In this document: positions 38,449 through 53,100 of the stretch, piece after piece | Position numbering within the stretch: position 1 is the first letter of the stretch | Layout: the number at the start of each line of letters is the position of its first letter | Assembly: GCA_973895155.1 (NCBI GenBank) | Contig: OZ316894.1 | Coordinates: forward strand, 15,244,699-15,308,698 | Origin: Marsupella aquatica | Lineage: Eukaryota > Plantae > Marchantiophyta | Direction: 5' to 3' | DNA: 64,000 bases | The notes under the pieces: model-generated | What the model was told of the DNA's origin: nothing | Database searches by the model: none | The model's input: the letters and a program-made list of their open reading frames with translations, nothing else | Made by a program: the position numbers and the translations under genes

Positions 38449-41400
38449 ATGAGGATCGATCATGCTCCAGTTCAATCGTTGCCGCCTAACAACCCTCCGA
38501 ACCGTACTACTGGTGGTGAAGTACAGGGCGTCGGGAGCCACATCATGAGCCCGAAGGAGAGCAACTATCGTCTTTTGCAAGCAGAGAGCGAGGCGTCTCC
38601 GGCCACTAATCGCGATTTGTGCCCAATGCTGATTTCCAAAGTGGATGGATTTGAACGTAAAGGTCAAGCATGGTAAGTGGGTGAATTCCACCTTCCGTTC
38701 TGCTATACGTTTAAGGAGTGCATGGTGTTGGCATTGTTGGTGAGATCCGGCCTTCAGCAGATGTCGTGTCTGTTCTTAGCACGGATCAAAGGTCACATCG
38801 ACGCATAGTGTTTCCTTCCTTTGAACTTACAGACTGTAAGCTCAAAGTTTTCTAAGGCTTCTTCAGCTGCAAATGACATCAAAAACTTCTTCGATGTCAA
38901 CGTATGCGTGTCCAGTCCCGTGTCATTTTGCGAATCGGATGCCAAGAGCTGGATTGGTAAATCTTTGACGGCGGCCTTAACGATTGATTGACGACTTCCA
39001 ATTTCAGTGTTGTTGTTGACTATCATACACCCGAATGCGAGACTTGTCATATCATCTTGTATTTGAATATTCAGGTTTGTTGCTACCGAACTACAAAGCG
39101 ACTTGGTGGTGGAGGTTGGAGAGATGAGTTTTCATTTGCACAAGGTATGGGACACTCAATCCCTAGTTTTAGTAGGCTCGAGCTATGCGGACCGATGTGT
39201 GCTTTCTACCAATGTGCACCGGAGCTGAAGTCCCATACATTTTTGGACGGGCTTTACCTTCGGTGTCAATAAATTCAGGAGACTCCCTTGTTTGTAAACT
39301 GATTATACTTGCCCCTTCTTTCATTGTCATCATCAGTGAGCCTGTTCATGCTAGTGTGGACCAATGCTTAACTTTCGTTGGTTTGTATGGTTCGGGTTAT
39401 CATTCTCTTGCAGTTCCCTCTTTTATCTCGAAGCGGGAAACTAAACCGCCTGGTCTTTGATTCACGTGATACCGAAAGCAGCCACATCAAGCTTGATGAT
39501 ATGCCAGGGGGACCTGAAACATTCGAACTGGCTGCGAAGTTTTGCTACGGGGTGGCAGTGGAGCTCACTTCGGCGAATGTAGCAGCGTTGCGGTGTGCAG
39601 CAGAGTACTTGGAGATGACAGAGGATCTCGACGAAGGCAACCTGGTTTCCAAAACGGAAGCTTTCCTCAGCTTCGTGGTTTTAGCTTCCTGGAAGGACTC
39701 CATCACAGTCCTGCGAGGCTGTGAGAAGTTACTGCCCTGGGCTGATCAGCTACAAATCGTGCGGCGGTGCTGTGAATCGATAGCCTGGAAAGCTTGTACA
39801 GACCCTCGAGGTATTCGTTGGTCATTCACCCAACGGCAGGAGATGAAGAAACCTATTCACGCCAGTCCCCTCTGGAACGGGCCGAAGAACCAGCTGCAGG
39901 GCGGCTCTGCGGTTTCTGATCAAGTTCCTAGCGATTGGTGGCTCGAGGACATATGCGTAGTGTGTGTCCATTTCTTCACGAAAATAATTCAAGCGATCAA
40001 GGCGAAGGGAATGAGACATGACTTGATTGGGTCTGCCATTGTACATTACGCGATCAAATGGTTGCCAGGATTAACAAGGGAATTAGCGGTCATGGGAGTC
40101 AAATACAGCAAGGATCCGGTTTCTGTCGGAGGAAGCCTTCTGGCTGTTGGGGGCCATCCCCCACAGCCATCGACAGCAGTCAATGATAACGAGAATGCTA
40201 CGGCGAACGATTTGGCCTCGGTGCAGATGCGAAATCGAGAGTTGATCGAGGCTCTTGCTACATTGCTTCCTCTCCAAAAGGACGCAGCACCTTGTACATT
40301 TCTCCTGCGTCTCCTGCGCCTGGCGAAGATGGTAGGTGTCAATCCTGTTGTGATAACAGATCTAGAAAAGCGAGCAGGGCTGCAGCTGGACCAGGGCACT
40401 CTGAGCGACCTTCTCATCCCTTCCTTCGATCATACTTGTGAAACTCTGTTCGATGTAGATCTCGTGCAAAGAATGCTGGATTACTTCCTGCTGCAAGAGA
40501 TCATCTCCCCGCCTGGAACCCTCAGCCCTGTAGAATCGGAAAGGGAGAAGTTTGGTCTGAATTCCACAGCCGATAAGGGGCACATAGCGACTCATTCTAC
40601 CTATCCGGCCAAAATGCGGGTCGCGAAGCTCATTGACAATTACTTAGTAGAGGTTGGACGTGATCAAAACCTAACGCTTAACAAATTCCTTATCCTTGCG
40701 GAAGCTCTGCCAGAAAATACCCGAGCTACTGACGATGGACTTTACAAGGCTATCGACACTTACCTCAAGGTACGGACTCGGCTCAGCTTTGTTTCAGCGA
40801 ATGTTATTCATCTGGTTAACTAGTATAATCCATTGTCCTGGTGTTCGGATAGTAGCCATTTTTTGAAGCTTGCCAAAGAGATTATATCTTCATTCCGGAG
40901 ATCTTGTAGGATTTTGGCTTTACGTCGGATGAGCCTGTGATCTATCTCTATTCATATCACAATGTAGCCTGCTAAAATCGTTCGGGCGTCCGTTTCCGTC
41001 AGCTTGGGAGCTTCACTCACTCTATTCTTGCGATCCATGAAGAAGATCCGAGTTCCTTTGCTTTGGTGAAGTGAATTGTATGCTGACAGTATATGGCGTC
41101 CATCCACCCTTCACTCATGCAGGCTCATCCAGAATTAACGGAGAGTGAGCGAAAAAAACTGTGCCGTACTCTGGATTGCCAACGGTTGTCCTTAGATGCT
41201 TGCATGCATGCGGCGCAGAACGAGCGATTGCCTTTAAGAGTGGTAGTTCAAGTCCTCTTTGGTGAGCAGATTAAATTGCGGAACGCAGTAACAGGAACGA
41301 GCAGTCTCTCGAAAGACCAATCCGATCCTTATCCGGCGGAAGATGACCGGATGAGCATCGGTGGAAGCAGCCACGATAGCGCTCTCCATGATCACGATCA

Positions 41401-42289
41401 TGATCAAGAGCACGATCACGAGCATTCGGAGGAGGAAATTAAGGTACTGCGGTCCGATGTCGAGCGAATGAAGGGGAAATTTATTGCTCTCCAGCACGAC
41501 TACACGGCTATTCAGCTGCAACTCGAAAAGCTGACGAAGAATCCGAAGCCCCCCCAGTCTTCGGCTTCAGGATGGAAGAAGATATTTCCTCATCCTAACC
41601 TCCCTCACTCCCATTTTCACGTGCCTCATTTCCTCTCTCATCCCATGGATCTATTTCACCACAAGGATCACAACCACCACGGGAAGGAGTCCGGCACTCG
41701 TCATGGCGTGCAACCCCCCGAGAAGGGACAAGTTCATCCTGACACTCAACAACCATATCACTCGAAGAAGTACGATTCTCGCCACGGTGTGCACAGTTCC
41801 AAAGATCTTGATGAATCTCACCTGAAAAGTCATCCGTCTCAGCACTCCAAGGAGCAACTTTCTTCGCACCTTAAGGACGGCCACCGTAAAAGCCAATACT
41901 CATCGAAGGATTTTAGTCAGGACGCTCAGCAGCACCGTCAACTACCTCCTGGGGATTCCTCTTACAATTCGTTCCATTCCAAGCTCTCCGATCTTTCTCC
42001 ACAGTCCAAGGATGATGACTACCTCCACCCCTCGAAAGATCGTTCTCATCATCCTTTGAATGGCTTTTCTATCGCTGCTGCTGGCCACCATGTCCATTCC
42101 CACCAAGCTCACCCGCGTTTTTCCAAGGATGGTGATTCTTATCATTCTGGTTCTCATGCTGACAGTGGCGAAGATTCCTCGAGGAGTCTGGAAGGGCCAG
42201 CCACTCCTACCCACACAGTAGAGCAACACAAGAAACACTCCAGACCGTTTGCTAGTGCAATCAGGAAATGGAGAAATTCAATCTCCTAA
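38449..42289 (+). CDS. NPH3: BTB/POZ-NPH3 phototropin signalling protein (~938 aa); exons 38449-38672, 39075-39144, 39414-40769, 41123-42289
   Basis: GT-AG introns keep the frame; DGFERKGQAW, FHLHKFPL, PGGPETFELAAKFCYG, DWWLED, DDGLYKAIDTYLKAHP, HAAQNERLPLRVVVQVLF; C-terminal RKWRNSIS as in Arabidopsis NPH3. Probable 5'UTR intron 37806-38411. Confidence 0.92.
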
Positions 42290-44460
42290 ACTTCACACAT
42301 ATATTACTGCGCTGGTTTAGTTACCAGCATGCGTTACGTTGTCTTGCAGGTGCAAATCGGAAGCACGGCCCATGTGAAGAAATTTGCATATTGTACTATC
42401 ATCTCCAATTGCAGATAATGTTGTTAATGTGTAGTCCTCCCTGGTTGTATAGGATAGTAGAGTGTTCTGTTTGTGTGGATGCCAGTGCATAAGCCCACGT
42501 TCTGATTGGATTAATTATGGGTACTTCAGAGGATATCAACCCTTGTGGGGCCCATCGTGAGGTTCTGTCGTTTGCCTGTACAGTTTACGTATGAGCAGAA
42601 TTTGAGATTAGCCTGTGACAATTTGGATGACTGGTAGCGCTCTCAGTAGTTCGGGCATGATGCACGGGAAATATTGGCGTTCATGTACCAAGTACCGTGG
42701 AGGTCGAAATAAGACCCAAGTGATAAGCAATGGTACCAGTTCACCTCAGTGCAGACTTTTGGCCGTTGTCGTTTCTCGTATCCTTAATTGAGGTCTACTG
42801 TATGAGTCGCCGGTGGGTTGAGTATTCAGTCTGCCCTCAATAATTTCATAATTTAAGGGCCTGATATATACATATTCGCTAAATGGGCTTGTGGAATACC
42901 ATAAGGTAATACTATAACTTGGCATTTTTATATACTCCAATTCAATACTTTGCTATTTAAAAGCATATGTCATTGACAGAAATGCCTATTCTGTCAACAC
43001 TCATTTGAACAGTCTCGATCATAAACACTCATTTGAACAGTCTCGATCATATATAGCATGTTCATTTTGGACTTTATTTTTTGTCTTGTAATGATTTGAA
43101 AGTAAATAAAATATGAAAACATAGAAGTGTTGTTATATAAATAAAGTGTCTGCCAAGAAAAGCACACTGACCAAGAAAAGGTACAGTCAAACTATGCTAC
43201 TATGTGTGCACTTAACTCAAGGTGCCTTATGAGTGACACTCCTTTCAATAAAAACCATAAACCTAGTAAATAAAAATATGAGGAGAACTTAAGAGGCTAT
43301 GCATTTTTGTTCTTCAATATCATTTCTCTCACTCATGGTGGTGGAGTTTTTGGTTTCATCTCTAAGAAAAAAACATACTGTGAAAGGGGACTGCCAAATA
43401 AGTTCAAAGCACTCTAGAATACCTAAAACTAAAGGGGTCTAAAAATTAATTAAAAATGTATAGAATACAAAGACTGCCCCTTGATAAGGCAGTTTGAAAT
43501 GAAAATTCATGACACAAAAATCTGAATAAGACAAAATATGATATGTGCATGCATCATATAGTAGCTTCAAAAATTCTGTCAACACTCATTCGAAGTCTCG
43601 ATCATAATGTTTTAATGAAATGAGTTGGGGATTGGAACTGGTCACACAATTCTTTTTGTTGTTGAAAAATTATTATTCTTTATTGGATTGGGTTCCAATA
43701 TGAATTGAGATTGAAATGGTCACACAAATGTCTTCCTGAAAAATTCACACACCTTGTTGAATTGCGACCCATTGATCAACTGTGAACAAAAATTGACACT
43801 TTGAAATCCTGATAGTCGCTTCAAATGCTTTCAGGTACAATTCAATCTTGGATGAATACATTTAATGGAGCGGTTATCATGTCTATTGAGCTAGCTTCTG
43901 TCTATTGGTTCACTAGCCACGCAAAATGTGTGAAGAATTTGGATGAACACGTCGCTCAAAGTGAAAACATGGCCCCTATGATGATGATGACCGACTGGGT
44001 TTGCTCCACTACTTTTCAACAGGTCAAGATGATGTCCATGTGGGCACTAATCAATGTCAAATTGATCCTAACTTGGGTAGAGATGGTCTCAACCTGTAAA
44101 TGTTTGGACAGCCATTGGACCAAAGTGGAGATCCTAGAGTTGACAAGTTTGGATAATTTTCTTGCAAGGGGTTGTTTACAAACAACAGGAAATAGGAAAG
44201 ACCTTGCTCTACATGGTCTTCAGAGTCATCAAAAACAAACGCCTTTGCTAATACAACTGATTCTGGCCATGTCTGAACTTCCACATCCCAAGGGTGACTC
44301 TGCCACCATTTTCTTGTTGTTGACAAATCACTTTTGGGAGACATTTGTAACTTTCTAAGCAACTCTTTTCCTTCTTGAAATCTTTCTTTCAAGGCTGCAA
44401 CCACCAACTCATTAGTTCGCATTTCAAAGTACTCAAAAAGATTAGGTGCATGTTCACCTT

Positions 44461-44746
44461 TGTTAGGAATTGACTCGAGTTCCCGGTTTCTAGTTAGTTA
44501 ACCCTGGATTACATTAGGATAAGATCCGCTTAGATTAGGTCCACACCTCTTGGCCCCCTTGGGGGTATAGGATGGAGGGAGAGCATTCTCTCCCTCATTC
44601 TTCACATATACTTCTCATGAGCTATGAATCCTTTAGGAGTTTCTCCATCGTGGTGTCTTGTTGGTGTAATGTGAGATTGAGTGCTTTAATCTTCCGCATT
44701 GCTATCTTGTCTGGAGCCGATGGTTTGTTACAAGTGATATCAGAGC
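44461..44746 (+). mobile_element. LTR A (44461-44732) with degenerate tRNA-Met PBS; leader resumes at ~49981-50200
   Basis: TGTT...TTACA followed by AGTGATATCAGAGC. Confidence 0.65.
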
Positions 44747-44809
44747 TTCGCGTTCGTAGTTTGGTGGCCTGGGCAGTGGTAAGAGCGTCTGTGTGTTGAA
44801 TCATGGTGG

Positions 44810-47800
44810 TGTTAGATATTGCTCTAGTCTTGTGACTCATGAGCTAACCACAGTTAGTCTAACTCGGGTTAGGACTTAGCTAATGTTAGCGGTACTGCTG
44901 TTGTGTATATAGCCAGGGCTGATGCCAGACCCTGGTGGAACTTAGGCTCATTGTTACGGAGCTAGTTGAGAGATAGGGACAACTTGTGCTGTGGATGCTT
45001 GGTATGGCCGGTCGGCCTAGAGTGCAGTAAAGCTCCCGTGTGTTCCCGTGGACGTAGCCTCATGTGGAGGTGAACCACGTATCTCTCTGTATCGACTATT
45101 GTGCATTGGATGGTTCATGGGCTTGCTATTACGAATATCGTCTATGTTCAACAAGTGGTATCAGAGCATGCCTGGGAGGTGACGAGGTTTTTTCGTGACG
45201 GGTTTTTTCCAGCGTTCAGTGTCGATGGTACATTCGGAGTTTTGTCGCATGAAACTCGAATGTGTGTGGCTGTGCGGATAGGTTAGTGAAAGGGCTTTCT
45301 AATGGTGGTTAGAACTCGCTGATCGGTATCCGTGGTGCGGAGGAATCAAAGTTTGCGTCGTTCAGGGTTTATTCATGTTTGACGGCTTTTCGGGGGAGAG
45401 ACCAGAGTTTGTGTTTTTCAACGGTGTGAGCTGTGCGGTGCGGGAGGGATCGCACATTATAGCTCAAGTTGAAGGTTGAAGCAAGCTGGTCGTTTTGGTA
45501 GCTGGATTGCTGCCGAGTTGTTACCGAGTGCGACGTGACGAGTGAAGGAGGCATTCAGGTTTTTTCACAAGCTATGGAGCTTGTTCACATCTGAACCGGG
45601 TTTCTCTTCGTGACGTACGACTCGGTGGAAGAAACGCAAAGTGCAACGGCTCAACGGTTAGATCGTGGCGAGGCGGTCATTTTGAGCCCGGGATTGGCAC
45701 TTGACGCGGTGTGAAGGCAACGCGGCCGAAGCTTTTATAGTGCTAGAGTTGCAGACGACGCCGGTGTGATTCGGCAACAAATCCCGTCGGTAACTCGTTG
45801 TTTTCTCATTGGAAATGGCGGCCATTTAGGTTTGTAAACGGCCTTTTTTGTGGTTAAATCAGCTTTGTTTTTAAAGGTTACTTTAGACTGTTTTTTTCCT
45901 GTGTATACCCGATTTTTCCTTCCCCCTTTGTACTCCGACTGAGCCCTGTCGGCCCTGCCTTCCTGCTCGCGACAGGGACCTGCCGCCCGTCGCCCCTCCC
46001 TCGTCGTTTTTTCCCCATACGCGGCTGCGTACGCAGCCGCCCGTATTCTCCCCCGGTGTTACGACCTTCGTACCCCCGGCCCATACGGGGTATTTTTGGC
46101 AAATAAGGGGCTTTGCACCCCTTTAGGGCCCATTTTAGCCGTTCTTTTCTTCCCCTTTGTTCTCCTTGTGCCGGGACCTGCCGCCCTCCATTTTAACCGC
46201 TTCGATAGGGGGAACGGCCCCTGTGAGACCTGTCAAATTGTGCAAGAATATTCCCAAAAAACATAGAGCTATTTTTTGGCCGTCCGACAAAGATTCTGTC
46301 CGCTGAACGGTAATTTTTTTGGTTCTTTTTCGGCGAGGACGTTGCCACTGGAGTTAGCAACGCGGTGCACCGATCACATTGCAATTTTGACCACGGTTTG
46401 TACTTCATATTTTTTGGTTATTCCCTGAGGTGGTCAAACGGGGGAGTTTCCCAAGGTTTTACCCACCCCGACCGAAATTTGAATAACTTTTCCGTCAAAT
46501 TTTAATTTTGATTTTGGCTTTCAGTATTGGACTCCTAGCTTCGTGGGCTACGCGGTGGTGTTGAGTTTTGAGTTTTGTGAGAAGTTTCAAAAAAAAATGT
46601 TTTTTTTAATTGTTTCATATGAGTGACTCGGAGGATACTGGAAGAATTGGCGTCGGTGGAGCTTCAGGATTGCGACGGTCAGACGGTGAGTCTGAGGAGG
46701 AGCTGCTACCATTTGAGGAAGAACTAGTGACACCGGTATGATCACCGGTGCGGCGTGCAATGGAGGAAGTTGTGTTACTACCAGAGCTGTCGGTAGTTGG
46801 AAAGAAAAGGGAGATGGCTAGATTTGGAGGAGTGAAGTTTGAGGTGGAGAAGTACGATGGTCATACTGATTACTTGCTGTAGGAGAAGCAAGTGAAGGGT
46901 GTTCTACGGGCCATGGGCTTAGCTCATCTGCTTTCATCGCAAGAGGAGTATGATGGAGAGGAGGAGATTTCTGTGAGACAGTGGAGACAGGAGTAGGTGA
47001 TTACTGTCAATGCAGTGATGCTATATCTCAAGCCGCACATCATCAAGCAGCTGGATGATTATGCGGATTGCGCGTCACTGTTCAAGGCTCTAAGAGAGAA
47101 GTACTACCAGGAAGATGCGTCAGACCGACTGTACAAGAAGTCTCTCTTGATGAGCCTCAGGCTCAAGGAAGGGAGCAAGATGCAGGATCACCTGGATGAA
47201 TTTGATAGTCTAGCGGTGGATCTGTCAAACCTGGGAAAAGGAGTTGAAGATGAGGATAAGGCCTTGCTTTTGCTAAGCTCCTTATCGTCTTCATATCAAG
47301 GCTTGAAACAGGTGCTCTTGTATAGAGATCTGAAGTCCATTTCGTATAATGAGGTGGTGAGCTCATTACTGTCTCATGATGCTCAAAAGAAGTTGGGTCA
47401 ATCACAGAGAGCATCTTCTTCTGGCTCTGCGCTCAATGTGAACAGGGGAAGAGCAGCGCAACGCACGAATGGGCAGAACAGGTTTAGATCTACATCACGG
47501 GGGAGATCTAAATCCAGAGAGAAATCGCAAGAGAAGAAGCCTCTTGCATGTTGGAATTGTGGCAAGCCTGGCCACATGAAAAGGGATTGTTGAGTAAAGG
47601 TCCCTACTGCCTCTGCTAACGCGGCATCAAGCTCGCATGAGGTAGATTTACTCGATGATGATGACATATTGTGATGTCAAGGTTATGCTCTCAACGTAGT
47701 GTCAAATCCAGGTAGTGATGACTGGATTCTAGATAGTGCATGTACTTTTCACATTTGCTCTAGGAGAGATTTTTTCAGTTCTTACACGGTTTCCAACAGG

Positions 47801-49980
47801 TCAGTGTTGATGGGAAATGGAATCCCATGTCAAGTTGTTGGACTTGGATCTGTAAGATTTTAGATGTTTTATGGTGCTGTGAGAACATTGAGGAATGTGA
47901 GACATATTCCTAGCATGATGAAAAATCTCATTTCACTTAGAGTTTTAGAAGCAAATGGCCATCAGTGGAGCTCTGCTAGTGGTGTCCTTCAGGTTTCAAC
48001 TGGTACTAAAGTTGTATTGAAGGGAAAGAGACATAGCAATCTATACGTTTTGGAGGGCAGTGTAGTCTGTGATGAAGCCAATGTAACCTTATCTCATGAG
48101 CAGACGGCCCGACTATGGCACTTCTGTTTGAGCCACATGAGTGAAAAAGGTTTGGCTATTCTTCACAAGAAAGGATTACTTTCTAATTTACAATCTTGTA
48201 AGTTGGAATTTTGTGAGCACTGTGTGCTAGGGAAGTAGCATAGGAAACCCTTTGGAGTTGGAACTCACACCAACAAGGTGGTACTTGAGTATGTACATAG
48301 TGATGTATGGGTCCAGTCCCTACTGCCTCACATTTTGGACGATTATACTATGTCACGTTCATAGACGATTACTCAAGGTATGTGTGGATATACTTTCTAC
48401 ACAATAAGTCTGATGTTTTTGCCACTTTTAAGGAGTGGAAAGCCTAAGTAGAGAATCAGACTAGTAATAAGGTGAGATATCTTCGATCAAATAACAACGG
48501 TGAATACAGTTCCGGGGAATTTAGAACGTATTCTAAGGAGCAGGGGATTACCCGCCATCTCACAATAAGTTATACTCCTCAGTAGGATGGTATTTCTGAG
48601 AGACTCAACCGAACACTATTGGACCGCTCAAGGAGTATATTGAGTCAATCATGCTTACCACATGAGTTTTGGGCTGAAGCTGTCAACACTACAGCTTATT
48701 TGGTAAATTTGTCTCCATCCAGTTCTATTGGATTCAAGATGCCATTTGAAATGAGGTACGGGCATCCAGCAGATTACTCACATCTGAGGATTTTTGGATG
48801 TGATACTTATGTGCTTACACCTTCCCAGCTTCGATCCAAGCTGGAGTCCAAGTCGAAGAAGTGCATTTTCCTTGGCTATCAGAAAGGTGTGAAGGGTTAT
48901 AGGTTATGGGATCTAGTAACCAGTAAACTAATTGTCAGTAGAGATGTGTCCTTTAATGAATCCAGATCATCAAAGGAGGGGGAGAGTTATCAGGACTCCC
49001 ATACTGACAAGGGGAAATCTCCCATCCTGGACCGGGTTGAGGGAGAGATTAGTCATGATGCTCTTCATGACAAGAGAGATGGAGATGCTCCGGGCTTGGA
49101 GCTGGTTCCTGTGATGGAACAAGAGGAGCAGATTGTTGCTGGGGTACCTCAAATTCAACCAGCAGCAGCAATAGATCAGCTTGAGTCATCTACTAGAAGA
49201 AATTCCAGTTGTTCTACTAGAGCTCCTACCAGGTATGGTCAATGGGCAGACTCATCTAAGTTAGATGATATTGACATTGCACCTGATGAAGATGATATGG
49301 CTTTGATCTTAGAAGAAGGAGAGCCTTCTTCGTACAGTGAGGCTTGTGCTTTGGAGCAAAAGCATGAGTGGAATGCAGCAATGCAAAGGGAGTTAAAATC
49401 TTTGAGTGACAACAAGACATGGGAGCTGGTGGAGCTTTCAAGAGGTCAACAAGTGGTGGACAGTAAGTGGATTTACAAGTTTAAGGACAGTCCTTCAGAG
49501 GGTGGAGATAAGATCTACAAGGCAAGGCTTGTTGCCAAAGGAGTCACTCAGGAGAAAGGAGTGGATTACAATGAGGTCTTTTCACTGGTGGCTAAGTATT
49601 CCACAATTCAATCTTGTGTCAGCTTGTTGTGTTTTTTGGTCTGATGATGGATCAGATGGATGTTATTACTGTTTTTCTCTATGGCAACTTGGAAGAGTTG
49701 ATCTTCATGAGATAGTCACTAGGCTTTATGAAGAAGGGCCAAGAGAACTTAGTTTGCAGATTGCTCAAGTCCTTGTATGGATTGAAGCAGTCTCCCAGAC
49801 AGTGGAACAAGCGGTTTGATGATTTCATGTTTGCTCAAGGTTTTACAAGGATGGTGTATGATCCTTGTGTGTATACGAAATCAGTCAAGAATGATGTATT
49901 TGGTTTCATCTCTCTGTGTCGACTATTGTGCGCTGGATGGTTCATGGGCTTGCTGTTACGAATATCGTCTATGTTCAATA
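44810..49980 (+). mobile_element. Ty1/copia element B (Tnt1/Tork-like) with internal 3' deletion
   Basis: LTR 44810-45153, PBS TGGTATCAGAGC at 45156-45167; last ~72 bp of the LTR recur at 49908-49980; flanks GGTGG/GGTGA. Confidence 0.88.
46619..49907 (+). pseudogene. Copia gag-pol, multiple stops, truncated within RT
   Basis: KFEVEKYDG, CWNCGKPGHMKRDC, WILDSACTFH, FWAEAVNT, KGYRLWD, YKARLVAKG, SLYGLKQSPRQW. Confidence 0.9.
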
Positions 49981-50199
49981 GGTGAAAGACTGAATCATTG
50001 TCGATGATTGTGTGACCAGTTCTCTGGCCGTTATGCGTTTATCATTTTGTGTTTGGAAGAGGTGACGGTGGCCCGATTGAAACTTCAAATCATAGTGTTG
50101 GACGTGTCTCTCTCTTTTGAAAGACTGTTGGGAGTAGAGTCCAACAATTACTTGTGCCCATTGGCAGACACTCCATCTCAATGAAAGTTTGGTCATGGA

Positions 50200-53100
50200 A
50201 CAAGAATAGAGGCAAGGACAAATCTAGGTCTTGAGAAAGACCTCAAGAAAAGAAACCAATTACATGCTAGAAATGTAATAAGGTAGGCCACATGAAAAAA
50301 GATTGTCAAATCAAGGTGAATAACCCATTGTCTGCACATGTTGCCACTACTGACGATGATGTAGACATGCTCAACGATGAAATCTTATGAAATCAGGATG
50401 TTGCCCTTTGCACTTCATCACGAGAAGGTGATGATGAATGGATTTTGGATTGTGCATGCACTTATCATATTTCCTATATAAGAGAGTTCTTCAGTTCTTA
50501 CTCGGTATCAAACGGTTCAGTGTTGATGGGGAATGATCACCATTGTCAAATTGTTAGAATTGGATCCGTGAAAATTTGGATGTTTGATGGAGCTGTGCAA
50601 ATAGTGAGAAATGTCAGACACATTCTTGACATGAAAAAGAACTTGATTTCTCTTGGAATGCTGGAAGCGAATGATCATCAGTGGAGTTTTGTTGATGGTG
50701 TACTTCAAGTGTCAATAAGAGGAAAGGTTGTCCTAAAGGGTAAGAGGCACAATAATCTCTATTTGTTGGAGGGCAACGTGATCTGTGAAGAAGCTAGTGT
50801 AACCAGATCTAAAAAAGAAATGACTCAATTATGGCACTACAGATTGTTGCACATGAGCAAAAAAGGTTTGGTGGTACTTTACAAGAAATGACTTCTTTCT
50901 AATTTGGAATCTTCTAAGTTAGATTTTTGTGAGCATTGTGTGCTTGGGAAGCAGCACAGGAGAACCTTTGGCATTGGAACGCACAAATACTAAAGCAATA
51001 CTTGAGTATGTACATAGTGATATGTGGGGTCCAGCCCAACTCCCTCACTTTCTGGAAAATTTTACTATGTCACGGTCATTGACGCTTACTCAAGGTTTGT
51101 GTGGATCACATTTCTACACGCTAAGTTTGAAGATTTTTCCACTTTTAAGAAGTGGGAAGCCCAAATTGAGAATCAGACTGGATGCAAGGTGAGATATCTA
51201 CGGTCAGATAATGGCGGGGAGTACGTTCAAGTGAATTTGAATTGTACTGTGCAGAGCAAGGGATTACTTTCCATCTCAAGATAGTTTATACTCCTCAACA
51301 AAATGATATTTTTGAGCGGCTCAACCAAACACTATTGGAGAGATCGAGGAGTATGTTGAGCCAATCAGGTTTATCATATGAATTTTGGACTGGAGCTATA
51401 AATATGACAACTTATTTGGTTAATCTTTCTCCTTCACGTGCAATCAATTTCAAGATGTCGTTTGAAATAAGGTATGGATGACAAACAAACTATCAGGGTT
51501 TGAGAGTCTTTGGAAGTGATGCATATGCTCTCACACATGAGCAAAATTGATCTAAACTAGATCCAACTTTCAAGAAGTATCTTTTTCTTGGTTATCAAAC
51601 GGGTGTGAAAGGTTATAGTCTATGGGATCCAAAAGCTTGTACATTGCTTGTCAGTAGAGATGTGTCCTTTAATGAATCCAGATCATCAAAGGAGAGAGAA
51701 TGCTTAGGCTTCCCGTACTGACAAAGGTAAATCTTCTATCGCGGACCATGTTGAGGGGAGATTGATCACGAGGATTTTCGTGACATAATTGAAGGAGGTG
51801 CTCCGATAATGAAGCTGATTCCGATGATGGAATAAGGGAAGCAGGTTATTGTTGAAATACCTCAAATTCTACCAAATATGCAAGATTAACCAGAATCATC
51901 CGCTAGAAAATGGAGACGTACTACTCAAGCTCCTACAAGGTATGGACAATGGATAAATTCATCAAGGTTAGACAATGCTGACATTGCACCTGATGATGAT
52001 AGGGCACTGATCTTGGAAGAAGGAGAACCTTCTTCATATCATGAGGCGTGCATTCCAGACAAAAAAGATGAATGAAATGCAACAATGTAGAGGGAGTTGC
52101 AATCTTTAAGTGACAACAAGACATGGGAGCTGGTGAAGTTGCCAAGTGATCAACAAGTGATGGACAGCAAGTGAATTTATAAATTGAAGGACAACTCTTC
52201 AGATGGAGGAGACAAGATATACAAGGCAAGGCTTGTTGCCAAGGGATTCAATCAGGAGAATGGAGTGGATTACAAAGAGGTATTTTCACCGGTTGCCAAG
52301 TATTCCACGATACGGATTTTGTGTTAACTTGTTGTGTTTTTTGATCTGGTGCTAGATCAAATGGATGTAGTTACTACTTTTCTCTATGACATCTTGGATG
52401 AACAAATTTTCATGAGGCAACCACTGGGCTTTGTGAAGAAGGGCCAAGAGAGTTTAGTTTGCAGGTTGCTTAAGTCACTATATGGATTGAAGCAAGCTCC
52501 TCGACAGTGGAACAAGCGGTTTGATGATTTCATGCTCGCACAAGGATTCACTAGGATGGTGTATGACCCTTGTATATATAGAAAATCAGTCAAGAATGGT
52601 GTGTTTGGTTTACTCATTCTCGTGCTTTATGTGGATGACATGTTGATTGAGGCTAAGGATCAATCTGAGGTTGACAAGTTCAAAGCAAAATTGAGTTTTG
52701 AATTTTGAATGAAGAATCTTGGGAAAGCTAAGAGGATCTTAGGTATGGAGATTATGAGGAACTTTGAGACTAGGCAATTGTAGCTGAATCAAGGTAAGTA
52801 TGCTGAAAAGGTACTTGCAAGATTCAACATGGAGAATTGTAAGCCAATAAGTATTTATTTGGTTCCACATTTCAAGTTATCATTGACTTTCTACCCCACG
52901 GATCCAGTGGAAAGAGGCTTGATGACTCAGGTTCCTTATGAGAAGGCAATGGGCAATCTAATGTATTTGATGACGTGTATCAGGCCTGATCTAGCCCTAA
53001 CAATGGGAAAAATGAGTAGATTCATGTCAAATCCAAGGAAAGTACACTAGGAGGTTGTGAAGTGGATTCTCAGGTATCTTAAGGGCACAATAGACTGTGG

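Noticed and set aside
43825-44422. Possible hAT dimerisation-domain remnant (WW...WP..LAK)
   Set aside because: Key residues are degenerate and no TIRs or TSD were found.
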